64,000 bases of DNA, taken from the NCBI GenBank assembly GCA_951406725.2, contig OX597828.1:41106001-41170000 (forward strand). The letters are read 5' to 3'. Shown piece after piece: positions 50,301 through 62,642 of this stretch; positions within the stretch are counted from its first letter, which is position 1; each line of letters opens with the position of its first letter. The DNA comes from Octopus vulgaris (taxonomy: Eukaryota). The translations under genes were made by a program, and so were the position numbers. The notes below the pieces were generated by a model that did no database searches, was not told where the DNA came from, and worked only from the letters and a program-made list of their open reading frames with translations.

Positions 50301-52790
50301 TATTTAATTTATATAATTAATTCATTAATTTTATTCTGTAAAATAGTAATTAATTCATTTATCTGTAAATCCGCGAGGAAAGCGACTATGTAATTTTTTT
50401 GTGTAAAATTGAAAATGTTATATATACACACACACACACATATATATTTTTAGTGAAATCCAACACCTTTTTTTTTAGGGGGGGGTTAACGCGCATGCGC
50501 GAATTCTGCACTGCGCATGCGCAAGTCACCTCGCAGGATCTCGAGTATCGAGTGCCTATGTCTGGTGCGCGCGCGCGCGCGAATTCGCGTGTGCGAAACC
50601 GGGACCACGACAATAGACAAGTACCAATAAATGTTTATGTCAATTAAAAAATTTGTCAGCAAAATCTTACAAAATGACAAAGTTCTAAAAGACGTACATG
50701 TTTCTGTTATATATGAAAATAAAAGTTTTTTACTCGTCAATTAATTCTAAAAGAAAAGAAAGGTATTATAAGTGACTATTATGATTAATGAAACCGAGTT
50801 ATGATTTTATGGTATATTTTATAAACATTAAACAGAGCACACCTTTGTATTTTTATAAACATTCAGAGGTTGCCGATGTGTAGCGTAGGAGGCCTGTAAT
50901 TATTATGACTAATTAGTGTGATTTAATTACCGTGTTTTATAATGTATTTCATAAACAATAGAAGTCTATACTTGAAAAGTTTTGAGGACTTGCGGGGTGA
51001 GTCTAGCATGTTTATAAGTGGTCCCTTCCGTTTTATAAAGGAATCGTTGTTTGCATATATATATTCTACAAGTAACTTTTGTTTATTTATTTATACACTT
51101 GTAAGATAAACGGAGATAATAAACTACACGAAACTAGTTTAAGGAGATGGTGAAAACGTTCAGAAGTGTTAACTTGTTTTTAAAGATATGAGCAACTGCA
51201 AATTTATGGTCCACCCGGGGTGACAGAGGCTGTGTGTGTGTGTGAGCACGCGTGTATATATATGTATTATTGAAAATTTAGATAGTTTAATAATTGCGTA
51301 TATAACACGTAGGTATATGATACAGGTGATATAATACTAAACCACATTAAAATACAAACCCAATTTGGGTTGAAACCTTGTAGCTTGCTTTAGAAAGGCG
51401 AACAGATTCAATTATTCGGTGAGAACCGATCGTATGGGTGAACATACGTCTGGAAATCTCTGAATATCTGTAGAGTATTTTCATTTATTCTTTTACTTAT
51501 TTCAGTCAGTTGACTGCGGCCATGCTGGAGCACAGTCTTTAAGAGTTTTTTAGTCGAAGAATTCGCCCCCAGGATTTATTCTGTCGGTGGTTTTTTGCCG
51601 AACCTCTAATTTACGGGGACGTAAGCACACCAATATCGGTTGTCAAGCGATGGTTGGGGTGGACACGAACATACACACAAAGACATATACACGTAAATGT
51701 ATATACAGGAGTTGGACAAAATTTCAAACAAGTTTAATTTAATATGGGGCCTTTGGCAGTAATTGCAGCTTGAATTCTACTAGGGGTATGGACTCGTATA
51801 AAGTTTGAATTGTTTCCAAAGGAATTTTTGTCCATTCTTCAGCTAAAACAGTCTCCAGTGGTGGCCAGATAAGACGTTCAACTTCACTAGAATGTTCCTC
51901 GTGCCATTCAGTAACAATTTTAGCTGTGTGAATTGGTGCATTATCATCCTGAAAGGTTGCGATTCCCTCTGGAAACAGTTCTGCAACCATAGTATGAATT
52001 TGATCAGATAAAATGCTTAAATAGTCTTGACTATTAATTCTGCCATGAAGGAAAACCACTGGGACGGCGGATTTCCAAGATACAGCCCCGCCCACCTGAT
52101 CATTACAGATCCTCCTCCATGTTTAACAGTTGGAAGAAGATAGTCTGGGTCAAATGCTTCTTTTGGCTGTCTCCACATGTATACTCAGCCAGTGGTAGGA
52201 AATAAGGTAAAGGATGACTCGTCCGAGAAAATAACATTCTTCCACTGCTCTAGGAACCAATTCTGTAGGTTTTTACTCCACTCTAAATGCTTTGCAACGT
52301 TTGTTTTTGAAAGTAGTGGTTTTCTGATTGCAGCCCTCCCATGAAATCTGGATTTGTGCAGCTCCCAGCGAACAGTTTTTGTGGAAACTGGGTTTTTGAG
52401 ATGGTCATTAAACTCTGCAGTAATTTTGAGAGTTGTACAATTTGCATAAGAGTTCCGGAGTATTGTTTTGACAAGGAGGTTTTTCCTTCTTTCTCAAAGG
52501 CTGTCATTACTTTCGAGACGTTACCAAACATTTTGGCTGTTTTCATTATGCTAGCGCCTGTCGTACAAGCACCAACAATTTGAGCTCTTTGAAAGTCCGA
52601 TAGATCTGTCATTTTAATGAGTTTTAATTACCTTTTTCTGATGATATCTGAAAAGCAACAGCAATTTTAGCAAAACATATTAAGCAACACTAATAATAAA
52701 TCAAAATATATAAAAATAAACAAGCTTTTGATTATTTTATAGATATTTCAAAATTATGATGCTAGGTGTTTCCATTATTTTGTCCAAACC

Positions 52791-52827
<37 letters not shown>

Positions 52828-54301
52828 TATGTGTGTGTGTGTACGATGGGCTTCTTTCAGTTTCCATCCACCAAATCCAGTCAGAAGGTTTTGGTTGCAC
52901 CCAAGGCTATAGTAGAAGACACTTACTCAAGGTGCCACACAGTGTGACTAAATAAAATATTTTGTAGTATAATACAATAAAGTGTATTGCTCAATCCATT
53001 CTCTCCAGTGCTGACCTCTAATTGTGGAGGGAACCTGTGGAAGAGGTAGACCCAGGAAGACATGGGATGACATAGTGAAGCATGATCTTTAAATGTTGCG
53101 TCTCACAGAAGCGATGACAAGTGATCGAGATCTTTAGAGATTTGCTGTCCTTGAGAAGACTTGTCAAACCAAGTGAAATTGTAGTTGTGGCTGCTGCCGA
53201 TGTCACGTAAAAGCACTTGTGCCAGTAACATGTAAAAAGCACCCACTACACTCTTGGAATGGTTGGCATTAGGAAGGGCATCCAGCTGTAGAAACCAAGC
53301 CAAAATCAGACCGGAATCTGGTACAGCTCCCTGGCTTACTATCATCATTATCTTCATTACCATCATCTTCATCATCATCCAAAGTTCACTCCAAGTGTGC
53401 TATCCGTTGCTCTACAGTCTCACATGTCTGCTCTGATGTGCTGTTTGCCGCTGACTGGCCCCCTCGTGCTTTGCTGATGCCGCATGTCCACCGCGGCACT
53501 TCCGGTGGGATCCACAGGCCCCACTTCCGACAGGACATGCCTACTCCCTCACTTCTGATCCTTCCCTACAACACAGCCTGGCTCATAACACCACAGCTAT
53601 GATTAGCATGCTGTATAATCAAAGTAGTAAGGTGAGAAGAAAGAATTATCTTCATCAACGTTCATTGGTAACATTAAACATTTATGCATACATGCATACA
53701 AAAATACCCTGTTGTTGATGTTGAAATTCCAATGAAGGAGCCTTGGATCTAGGTTAGAAACCAGTCCTTTCTCTATTGGCATGTAATCTTGAAATAAACT
53801 GTATCATTACATACAAACATATATATGAGAGAGAGAGAGAGAGAGAGCTAATAATGAGGGATTATCAACCTGGGCAAAATACTTCATAAGGTCTCTGCTG
53901 AGACACCAGGCTAACAATATTGCTTAGATTAGTGAAGGACTCCAGGTATTGTTATGGTAGGGTCCAAGGCTATGGTTCATCACAATTCTATATTGAAAAT
54001 CCATGGATGGGCTCCAGACAAACTGGTTTTTACGCAGAGTGATATATATAAGACAAGTTATAAATAATGGTCATTACATATTTTTCTTTTATTAGAGCAA
54101 ATTTGACTTACAGCTGTTTCGAGTAGTCATTATAAGTATGTTACTGATAGGTTTACTCAATTGTGATCAATAGACTGATTGAGTAAACCTATGAGTACGT
54201 ACCTATAATGATCACTGGAAACAACTGTAAGCCAAATTTACTCTAATAAAGGAAGAATATGTAATTATCATTATTTATAGCTTGTCATATATATATGTAT
54301 G

Positions 54302-54360
<59 letters not shown>

Positions 54361-54717
54361 GTATATGTATATATATGTGTATATGTATATATATGTGTAT
54401 ATGTATATATATGTGTATATGTATACATATGTGTATAAGTATACATATGTGTATATGTATATATATGTATATATATATATGTATGTATATATATATATCT
54501 ATATGTATATATATATATATATATATCTATATATATATGTATACATATGTGTATATGTATATATATATATATGTATACATATGTGTATATGTATATATAT
54601 ATATGTATACATATGTGTATATGTATATATATATATATATGTATACATATGTGTATATGTATATATATATATATGTATACATATGTGTATATGTATATAT
54701 ATATATATATATATATC

Positions 54718-54758
<41 letters not shown>

Positions 54759-56117
54759 ATATATATATGTATATATGTATATATATATATGTATATATAT
54801 GTATGTGTATGTATGTATTTATATATGTATGTATTTATATATGTATGTATGTATGTATTTATATATGTATGTATGTATGTATTTATATATGTATGTAAGT
54901 ATGTATGTATGGTATTGTATTGTATTGTATTGTTAATGTATTGTATTGTATATTCATATGGTACACGTGTGGATTAGAAATATTGAAACCGTCAAAAGAT
55001 GATGGTTGAGAGGTTTCTTATACATGTAAGCCATAACAAGAATAGTCTCTACAATGAGCTGAATTCCAGAACTTTTATAAATACACTCAAAAGTTCTATA
55101 ACATTCCATAAAATCTTTAGGCATGGAAATTAAACTTCTTTCTGTCTGTCAATGCTTATCAAAAACTGGTGTGAACAATGACTGACTGGAAAAAATGTCA
55201 GTAGGTGTTATAATAGAGTTTAGAGATACAGCGAAAAATTAACCCTAGTTAATATTACCAAATACAGTAATATTAATTGCTAGTGGCTATTATCACTGAT
55301 CAACATTATCAAATACGATAATATTGTTCACCAGCTGGTATGGCTTTGAAATTTAGTCTTTACATGTTTGGATTTGGAGAAGACTATCCTGCTACAGTGC
55401 ATCAAATAGTGTGTCAATGTATTAATATGTGTGTGAAATGTAACTCTTTGACTATGAGTATAACATAGTTTAATGTATTATTTCTTTGTTCAGGTGCCAG
55501 TTCCGGTATTGGTGCCGGTACTGCAGTGTTGTTTAGTAAACTTGGTGCAAAGTTGGCTATTACTGGCAGGAAAGAAGACAACTTGAAGAAAACTGCAGAT
55601 GAATGTGAAAAAAATGGTTCTAAGGTAAAGCAGTCACATACGTAGATGCATGTAGGTGTGCAAGCCTGACTTCTGCATGCATATGATTATGCAGATAGAT
55701 ACACTGATACGTTTGTTGTTGTTTTAGTGATATTAAAATCCTAACACAGTACACCACCATGTTAATGTATAGTCTGATTACACACATACATACATACATA
55801 CACATACACTCATACACATACATGCATATGTAGGTAAAAAGAAATACAAACTTGGACCAAAGATTTTGTTTCTTCTCAATATTGTTTCAATCTGTTGAGG
55901 AATATCTTCATCACAAGGCCATCAGCATATACATACATGCACACATATAAACATACATGTATATATATATATGTATATATAAATATCATAATGGCTACCT
56001 CTGATGAGTGCAGGGTTACATAATCGGACTGGTACCTAACACTCTGTTGAACCCCTAGTGCGAAACCAATTGGTAAGATTAGCTGTAATGTATATATAAT
56101 ATGGTACACTTTGATTA

Positions 56118-56160
<43 letters not shown>

Positions 56161-59100
56161 CACATCATATGTATAGACCCACTCAGTCTGATACTATCAT
56201 TGTTGTTCATCTAAGTCAATACTTCTAGGGTAAAATGTAGCTTGTGGGATTTTAACAGAATAGAGTTCTGGGGAGGGAGGGACGAGTTTCCATTAGACTG
56301 AATAGGATTAAGCTAAGGTTAAAATAATTTCCAACAAAATTCATTCATGATATACAACTGATTTAGTCCACCCTAATAGTTGGTTGGTACTTTATTTAAT
56401 GCAGCCCACACCACCACTGCAAGGTGTAGTAAATGACTTCTGTGTGATATGTGCATATATGACAATATATTACAAGGCAAAATGCCTGCCACTCTACTTA
56501 TTAAGCATTCATTGCCTTTCAGTGTTTCTATTCCTGCCTTCCTGGGACTAAACAACTGTTTTTGTTAACCTATGAAAATGAAATTTTTAATACAGACTCA
56601 AACCCCAATAAATGTTAGGGTTCCCCATCTGTGGTCTGTTTAAATTGATGCTATTTAATGAAAACTATTTCTTATTTCAGCCATTAATCGTTGTGGCTGA
56701 CCTTTCAAAGGAAGATGATGTCAAAACTATTATGGAGAAAACCATTTCTCATTTTGGAAAACTAAACATTTTGGTAAATATATTTGTTTCTTAAATCTGC
56801 TGCAATTTCTAGTGTTCCTCGTTTTCACTCCTTATCTTTAACCCTTTCTATACCAACTCACCTGAGACAACTTCTGGTTTTAATTTAGCCCCTTTTATTT
56901 TAAAATATTCACATATAAATTCAAAACTTCCATCCCCAAATTATTGCCTTTTCCTTGTCCCATTTTCCTCATGCCTTATATCCACATTCATCCCTTATAT
57001 TATTAGACAACCCTACTCCCAACTCTGTACGCAACCCACCCTCTCACTTTTTCAGCTTTATCCCTCCCATTTTTTCTTAACCCTGTCACTAATCCCTTCT
57101 TTGTCCCCCATTCCCTGCCACACTCTCTTCTCTTACTTATCACCCCTCATCTCTCCACCTAAAATCATTACCTACTCTCTCTTCTGTACTCCCAAAGTTA
57201 TAGGGGTCAATTTAGGCCCTTAGCCTTGCAAATTATAAGGTAGTCTTCACTCATGCTGATACCATGGAAGAAAGCACCCGGTACATTCTGTAAAGTGATT
57301 GTCATTGGGAAAGACATCCAGCTAAAAAACTGGAGCATGATGTCGTCTTCTGATTGGTCAGCCCCTTTCAAACTATGCCAGCTTGGCAGCCAGACGCTAA
57401 ATGATGATGATGATGATGATGTTCCAGACACCATTTTAATTAATGATAAAATTTTACCTAATCCTTCTAAATTGCTTAAATTTAATTATCAATATTTTGT
57501 TTTCTATTTGTTTCAAAATGAATTTAAATATAGACTGTCTCATTAGAAATATGATTCTGAAAGGATAAACTAACATTACCTTAACTATTTTACCATTTTC
57601 TTGGTGCCATTATTTTGTCCTTACAACCCTTATTTTCCTCCACCATTCTTTGCCTCCACATAATGCCTTATTTCTTGTAGATCTACTTTAGAAACCATAT
57701 TTTTCTTTTGTTTTGCATCAACAGGTGAACTGTGCCGGAATTTTAGCATATGGGAATATTGAAACCACAAGCTTGGAACAGTTTGATGAAATCTTTAACG
57801 TTAATCTGCGGTATGAAATTTTTAATTAGAAGTTAATCATTACAGGTACAGGTGTGGCTGTTTGGTATGAAGCTCCTCTTACTTATCATCCCTTGTCTCT
57901 CCACCTAAAGGCGGTGAGCTGGCAGAAATGTTAGCAGACTGGGCGAAATGCTTAGCGGTATTATTATTTAAGTACCTGATTCTCTCAAGAATCATCATTA
58001 TTATTATATACTAGCAGTATTGTCTGGCGTTGCTCGGGTTTGTAAGGGAAATAACTATATAAGAATTTTTAGAGAGTTACTTCCCTTATATAAAACCGAG
58101 CGAAAAATGGATTAAAAATGGGGAAAAATGATGGTAAATTTTTTTTTAAATCATAAACTCATCGTAGACGTGCGCTAATACCCAGAAGGGCTCAATATGA
58201 ATCACGACTATAAGATACCCGCTTTTAGTTAAACTGCACCGCAAAATGTGGGAGTAGTTAGGAATCTAAATCGGAGTAGACAGACACACACACAACTACA
58301 GTTTTATATATAAAGATATGCACACACACACATATATAAAGTGTATGTGTGTGTGTGTGTATTTGCATGCAACTGAATGTGCATTCTCTTGATGTGTGTA
58401 CACTGATTATAAAGAAAGCCTCACTGTCCATATAAAGGTGTCATTCGTTGGGAGTCCACCATGAAAACATGTCCTTGGTATGTTTGTGCTGATTGTAAAA
58501 TGAAGAGTGTTACTGTTTACATAAGTAGTAACACACTTTGTTGTCTGTCCTCCTGCAAAACCATATCTGAACTGTTTGTTGTTCAACAAACTCAAGGAAT
58601 TATTACTTTGCTTACAAACAGGTAAAAAATTTGCATCAGGAATGTGGCCGATGCCAGCGCCGAAGTCAGCGCCGCCCCGACTGGCTTCTATGCTGGTGAC
58701 ACATAAAAAGCACCATTCGAATGTGGCCGATGCCAGCGCCGCCTTGGCTGGCTTCCGTGCCGGTGGCACGTTAAAAGCTCCAACCAATCGTGGCTGATGC
58801 CAGACCCCCCTGGCACCTGTGCAGGTGGCACGTAAAAAGCACCCACTACACTCGCGGAGCGGTTGGCGTTAGGAAGGGCATCCAGCTGTAGAAACTCTGC
58901 CAGATCAGATTGGAGCCTGGTGCAGCCTTCTGGCTTCCCAGACCCCGGTCGAACCGTCCAACCCATGCTAGCATGGAAAACGGACGTTAAACGATGATGA
59001 TAATGATGATGAATGGCATCAAACTGTAGAATGTCTGCCTTAGCAAAGTCTTACTTCATCCATGCAAGAATCAAAAAAGTAGATGTTAAAACAATGATGG

Positions 59101-62100
59101 TTATAATGATGCTGATGCTGGCTAAATTTCTTCCTCTAGGTCTGTTTATCAGTTGACCATGTTAGCGGTGCCTCATTTGATAACAACCCAAGGATGTATA
59201 GTGAATGTCTCCAGTATATGTGCCCTAAGAGCTGTAAGTCATTTCCAGAATATTTTTTTTTTTTAACTTTTATAATGGTATTGTTTAGAAAAACGATTGT
59301 ATAATACTGTTTAGATTTTCCTTCAAGATTAAATCCCAATTTCCATTTGGGAAAATGGAGAAAGCTTATGTTTCTCTTGAATTATGTAAATTTCAGAAAA
59401 TTACTAAGTCAGAGTGTGAAAGACTGGAAAAATTATTATTTCCTTGCTTGGAAACAGGTAAGGGTTAGCATCAGGAATAACATTCAACTGCAGAAAAATC
59501 TGCCTCAGTAAAACCTGATCTGACATATGCAAGCATGGGAAAGTAGTTTTTGAGATAACAATATAATAATAACGAAATTATTGTATACAGTGCTCAGGTG
59601 CACCAAAACTTGTCAGAAAGTGCATATAAAGTACATGCAGTAATATAGAAATGTCTGGAAAGCGAACAATGTATGAGTCAGATACATGCTTGTGTGTGTA
59701 TGGAGGGGAGAAAATCAAGTGTAGTGTTGGCGAATCTCAGGAAGCATGGAAGTTTTGAAGGATGCAGTGCTCCGACAACTAACAACCGATGCTGGCAGTT
59801 TGTTCCATGCTTCAGCAACTCTCAGCGTGAAAAAATGTTTCCTGAAGTCATGGGAGCTGTGCTGTTTTCTTACTTTGTAAATATGTCTACGGGTGTTAGA
59901 TGGGTGGAGTTTGAAAAGGTGCTCAGAGTTATTGTTTGATGATGATGATGATGATGATGATGTCTCTTGCAAAATCTATAATCCCATTCATACTACTTGT
60001 GAGTGAAACTACAATAAGAGCAAGGGCTATATTAGGATAAAAGCATTTATTTGTATCGTCAAGGCAAGCAATGCTAAATCAGCCCAGTAACAAGAGTGTG
60101 TTACAGGCCCTGTATTTTCAGAGCTTATGCATTTTCAAAGGCTCTGTACTAAATTCCTCCTTATCCTAGTCTTTAACTTTTATGAATTACTGAATGTTTT
60201 AATCTTTTAGTATTCAGATTTCTAAGTCAAATGTAATGCTTATTTACTCACATTATTTTGAATTAATCATGCATTATCTTGTAGCTTCAAGATATTGATA
60301 ATATGATTGTATATTTTTAGAATGGCATTGTAAGATAGGTGTGAGGGGCTGGATCTGGCTTGTTTGAATATAGAACAGGGGAAATATCTTGACCAGATTT
60401 GGCCAATTTTAATGCTAAGGGATTAAGGTTCATTCACAACTCAAAATAATTGAGCTTATCTTCCTTATAAGATCAGATGAATGAAATAAATTTGTTATAA
60501 ACACCACTGTAACAGCAATTGTTAGGATATGTGTTGGAGGTTGGCCTGTTACCAATTGTAACAGGTGTTGGTGTTGCAGATGTGCAAGATGAAAGAAGAA
60601 CAGTGTTCGAGGTTGTAAACAAATATTTATTTACCTTTACATATTGTTATAGCCAAACCACGATGGGTTGATATGTATAACTCGTAAAATATGCAAGGTA
60701 AAGAGAGATATCTCTTTTACTCTTTTCAGTCATTTGACTGTGGCCATGCTGGAGCACCGCCTTTAGTCGAGTACTTATTCTATCGGTCTCTTTTGCTGAA
60801 CTGTTAAGTTACACTGATGTAAACATACCAGCATCGGTTGTCAAGCGATGTTGGTGGTGGGGGGGGGGGCAAACACAGACACAAACATATACACACACAC
60901 ACACATATATATGTATATATATACATACATGTATATGACGGGCTTCTTTCAGTTTCCGCCTACCAAATCCACTCACAAGGCTTTGGTTGGCCCGAGGCTA
61001 TAGTAGAAGACACTTGCCCAAGGTGTCACGCAGTGGGACTAAACCTGGAACCATGTGGTTGGTAAACAAGCTACTTACCACACAGTCACTCCTACGCCTA
61101 TAGATTTTCCTTGTATAGGTGTGTTCGTCTTCTTGTCATTGTGTAGTAGTAAACCACAGATACCGATAGGGTAATGTTGTAGAGAAGAGAAAGTGAAGCT
61201 AGTGCAAGTGAGAGTGATGGGACGAAACAACTGCTTCGCTGGTGGGCTACCATAGTTGTCCCTCTGTGCCTTTTTATTTGATGATGGTGTTTCGTTTGGC
61301 TGATCAGCCAGACTTGGTTCTCATTAACTGACTTTGGCTTATGGAGTTCTTGTATTTATAACTATACAAAACTAGTTAGGAAAACAGATATACTGCAAAG
61401 ACAATGGATATACTTTGTGGGGATCGACTGTTATCTCAATTCCATTCTCCACTGCATACAAGAGGTTAGAAGGGTCAGGTGGCAAAGACATAAATCAGTT
61501 TAGCGAAGCCACGTGTTAAATGTAACTGTTATCACTATTGTTTCTCTGTGAGAAAACTGCTGTTGAAATATTATGGGAAATTTGCCAATTCAGGTTCGAA
61601 TCTACTCTGTGCATAAATGAAGTCACTGCAATACTGTAATGTTAAGCATCCTTCTAATATCAAATTGAGATTTTTACGTGGGTAAGGAACATTTTTATTG
61701 CATACAGGTCTTGGAGGTAAATTATCAATGTTTAGGTAAAAATAATTGTAGAAACATTGTCTTAATTTCAATTACTCTGCACTCTCCATTTTAGCTGATC
61801 TATATAGACTGGTTCTTCAAATAAGCATCTGGGTCCATAGAAATAATTATAATTTTGAACTTTGGTAGAACATACATCTAGTAACCCACAGGTGACTGGC
61901 TTGTATCTTCCATGTGAATTTATGACAAATTCTTCCTATTCAATTCAGTTTACCATTTGTATTTCAGTTCCCTGGAGTTCTAGCATACAATATGTCTAAA
62001 AGTGCTTTGGATCAATTCACCTGTACTGTAGCTCTTGGTATGTTGATTTTTATCCTCATTTCTTTCAAATATTTTTCTCTTTTCTTTTCAGTTCTGTGTT

Positions 62101-62642
62101 GTTTTGACCCTGGTCAAGCAGGCCTATGATTAAGTGTTCAGTTCTGTGTTGTTTTGAGCCTGGTCAAGCAGGCCTATGATTAAGTGTTCAGTTCTGTGTT
62201 GTTTTGAGCCTGGTCAAGCAGGCCTATGATTAAATGTTCAGTTCTGTGTTATTTTGAGCCTGGTTAAGTAGGCCTATGATTAAGTGTTCAGTTCTGTGTT
62301 GTTTTGAGCCTGATCAAGCAGGCCTATGATTAAATGTTCAGTTCTGTGTTATTTTGAGCCTGGTCAAGCAGGCCTATGATTAAGTGTTCAGTTCTGTGTT
62401 GTTTTGAGCCTGGTCAAGCAGGCCTATGATTAAGTGTTCAGTTCTGTGTTGTTTTGAGCCTAGTCAAGCAGGCCTATGATTAAATGCTCAGTTCTGTGTT
62501 GTTTTGACCCTGGTCAAACAGGCCTGTGATTAAGTGTTCCAGCCATTGTTGTATCTTGTTATTTTATGATGTGCTGAGTATTTTCCATCTTTCTCTGTTT
62601 TGCAGAGTTGGCATCGAAGAAAGTGCGTGTAAACAGTGTCAA
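47327..62642 (+). CDS. SDR-C: third SDR paralog, exons 1-7; exons 8-9 expected beyond the window
   Basis: Exons 47327-47369, 55494-55624, 56681-56773, 57725-57810, 59140-59233, 61968-62037, 62606-62642. Lengths and phases match SDR-A and the frame is open: [21 protein letters not shown]...VNCAG...[21 protein letters not shown]...[12 protein letters not shown]. Confidence 0.92.
47756..50625. mobile_element. Foldback-type non-autonomous DNA transposon, probably Merlin/IS1595 superfamily, with ~1.3-kb inverted arms
   Basis: Arms ~47756-49064 and ~49323-50625 are near-perfect reverse complements around a ~260-bp spacer. Termini are GGTACTTGTC...GACAAGTACC. The direct repeat AATAAATG flanks both ends (47748-47755, 50626-50633). 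A peptide remnant [17 protein letters not shown] is present in both arms. Confidence 0.85.
51706..52793 (-). mobile_element. Degraded Tc1-like transposon nested in a SINE microsatellite
   Basis: TA-flanked TIRs CAGGAGTTGGACAAA / TTTGTCCAAACCCTG. Peptides [34 protein letters not shown] and WPP. SINE halves lie at ~51490-51700 and ~52840-52950. Confidence 0.88.
54286..54950. repeat. (TA)n/(TATG)n compound microsatellite
   Basis: Direct inspection. Confidence 0.95.
55991..56086 (+). ncRNA. Candidate type I hammerhead ribozyme of the Penelope-associated minimal type, probably degenerate
   Basis: CTGATGA at 56001, an imperfect stem II closed by G56008-C56061, GAAA at 56062, palindromic stem III ACCAATTGGT, GUA triplet ending at 56075, and an imperfect stem I (ATGGCTACCT / AGATTAGCTGT). 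Confidence 0.5.
58011..58316 (-). mobile_element. Non-autonomous Helitron
   Basis: Minus strand reads A|TCTTTATATATA...CCCGAGCAACGCCAGAC (degenerate subterminal hairpin)...CTAG|T. AT target site, no TSD. Confidence 0.75.
59563..59937 (-). mobile_element. CR1 LINE 3' fragment
   Basis: [28 protein letters not shown] plus the same 3' UTR and tail as the other copies. Confidence 0.8.
62087..62540. repeat. 50-bp minisatellite x9 in SDR-C intron 6
   Basis: Reverse complement of the 13626-14075 unit, with an exact period of 50. Confidence 0.95.

Noticed and set aside
47756-50625. Palindrome as a sequencing or assembly foldback artefact
   Set aside because: The exact 8-bp TSD, transposon-type termini, unique spacer, arm mismatches and continuation of SDR-C on both sides favour a real insertion. 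Read-level confirmation is still needed.
54282-54977. YI/CVY-rich ORFs here and at 6416-6732 and 25525-26047
   Set aside because: Microsatellite translations.
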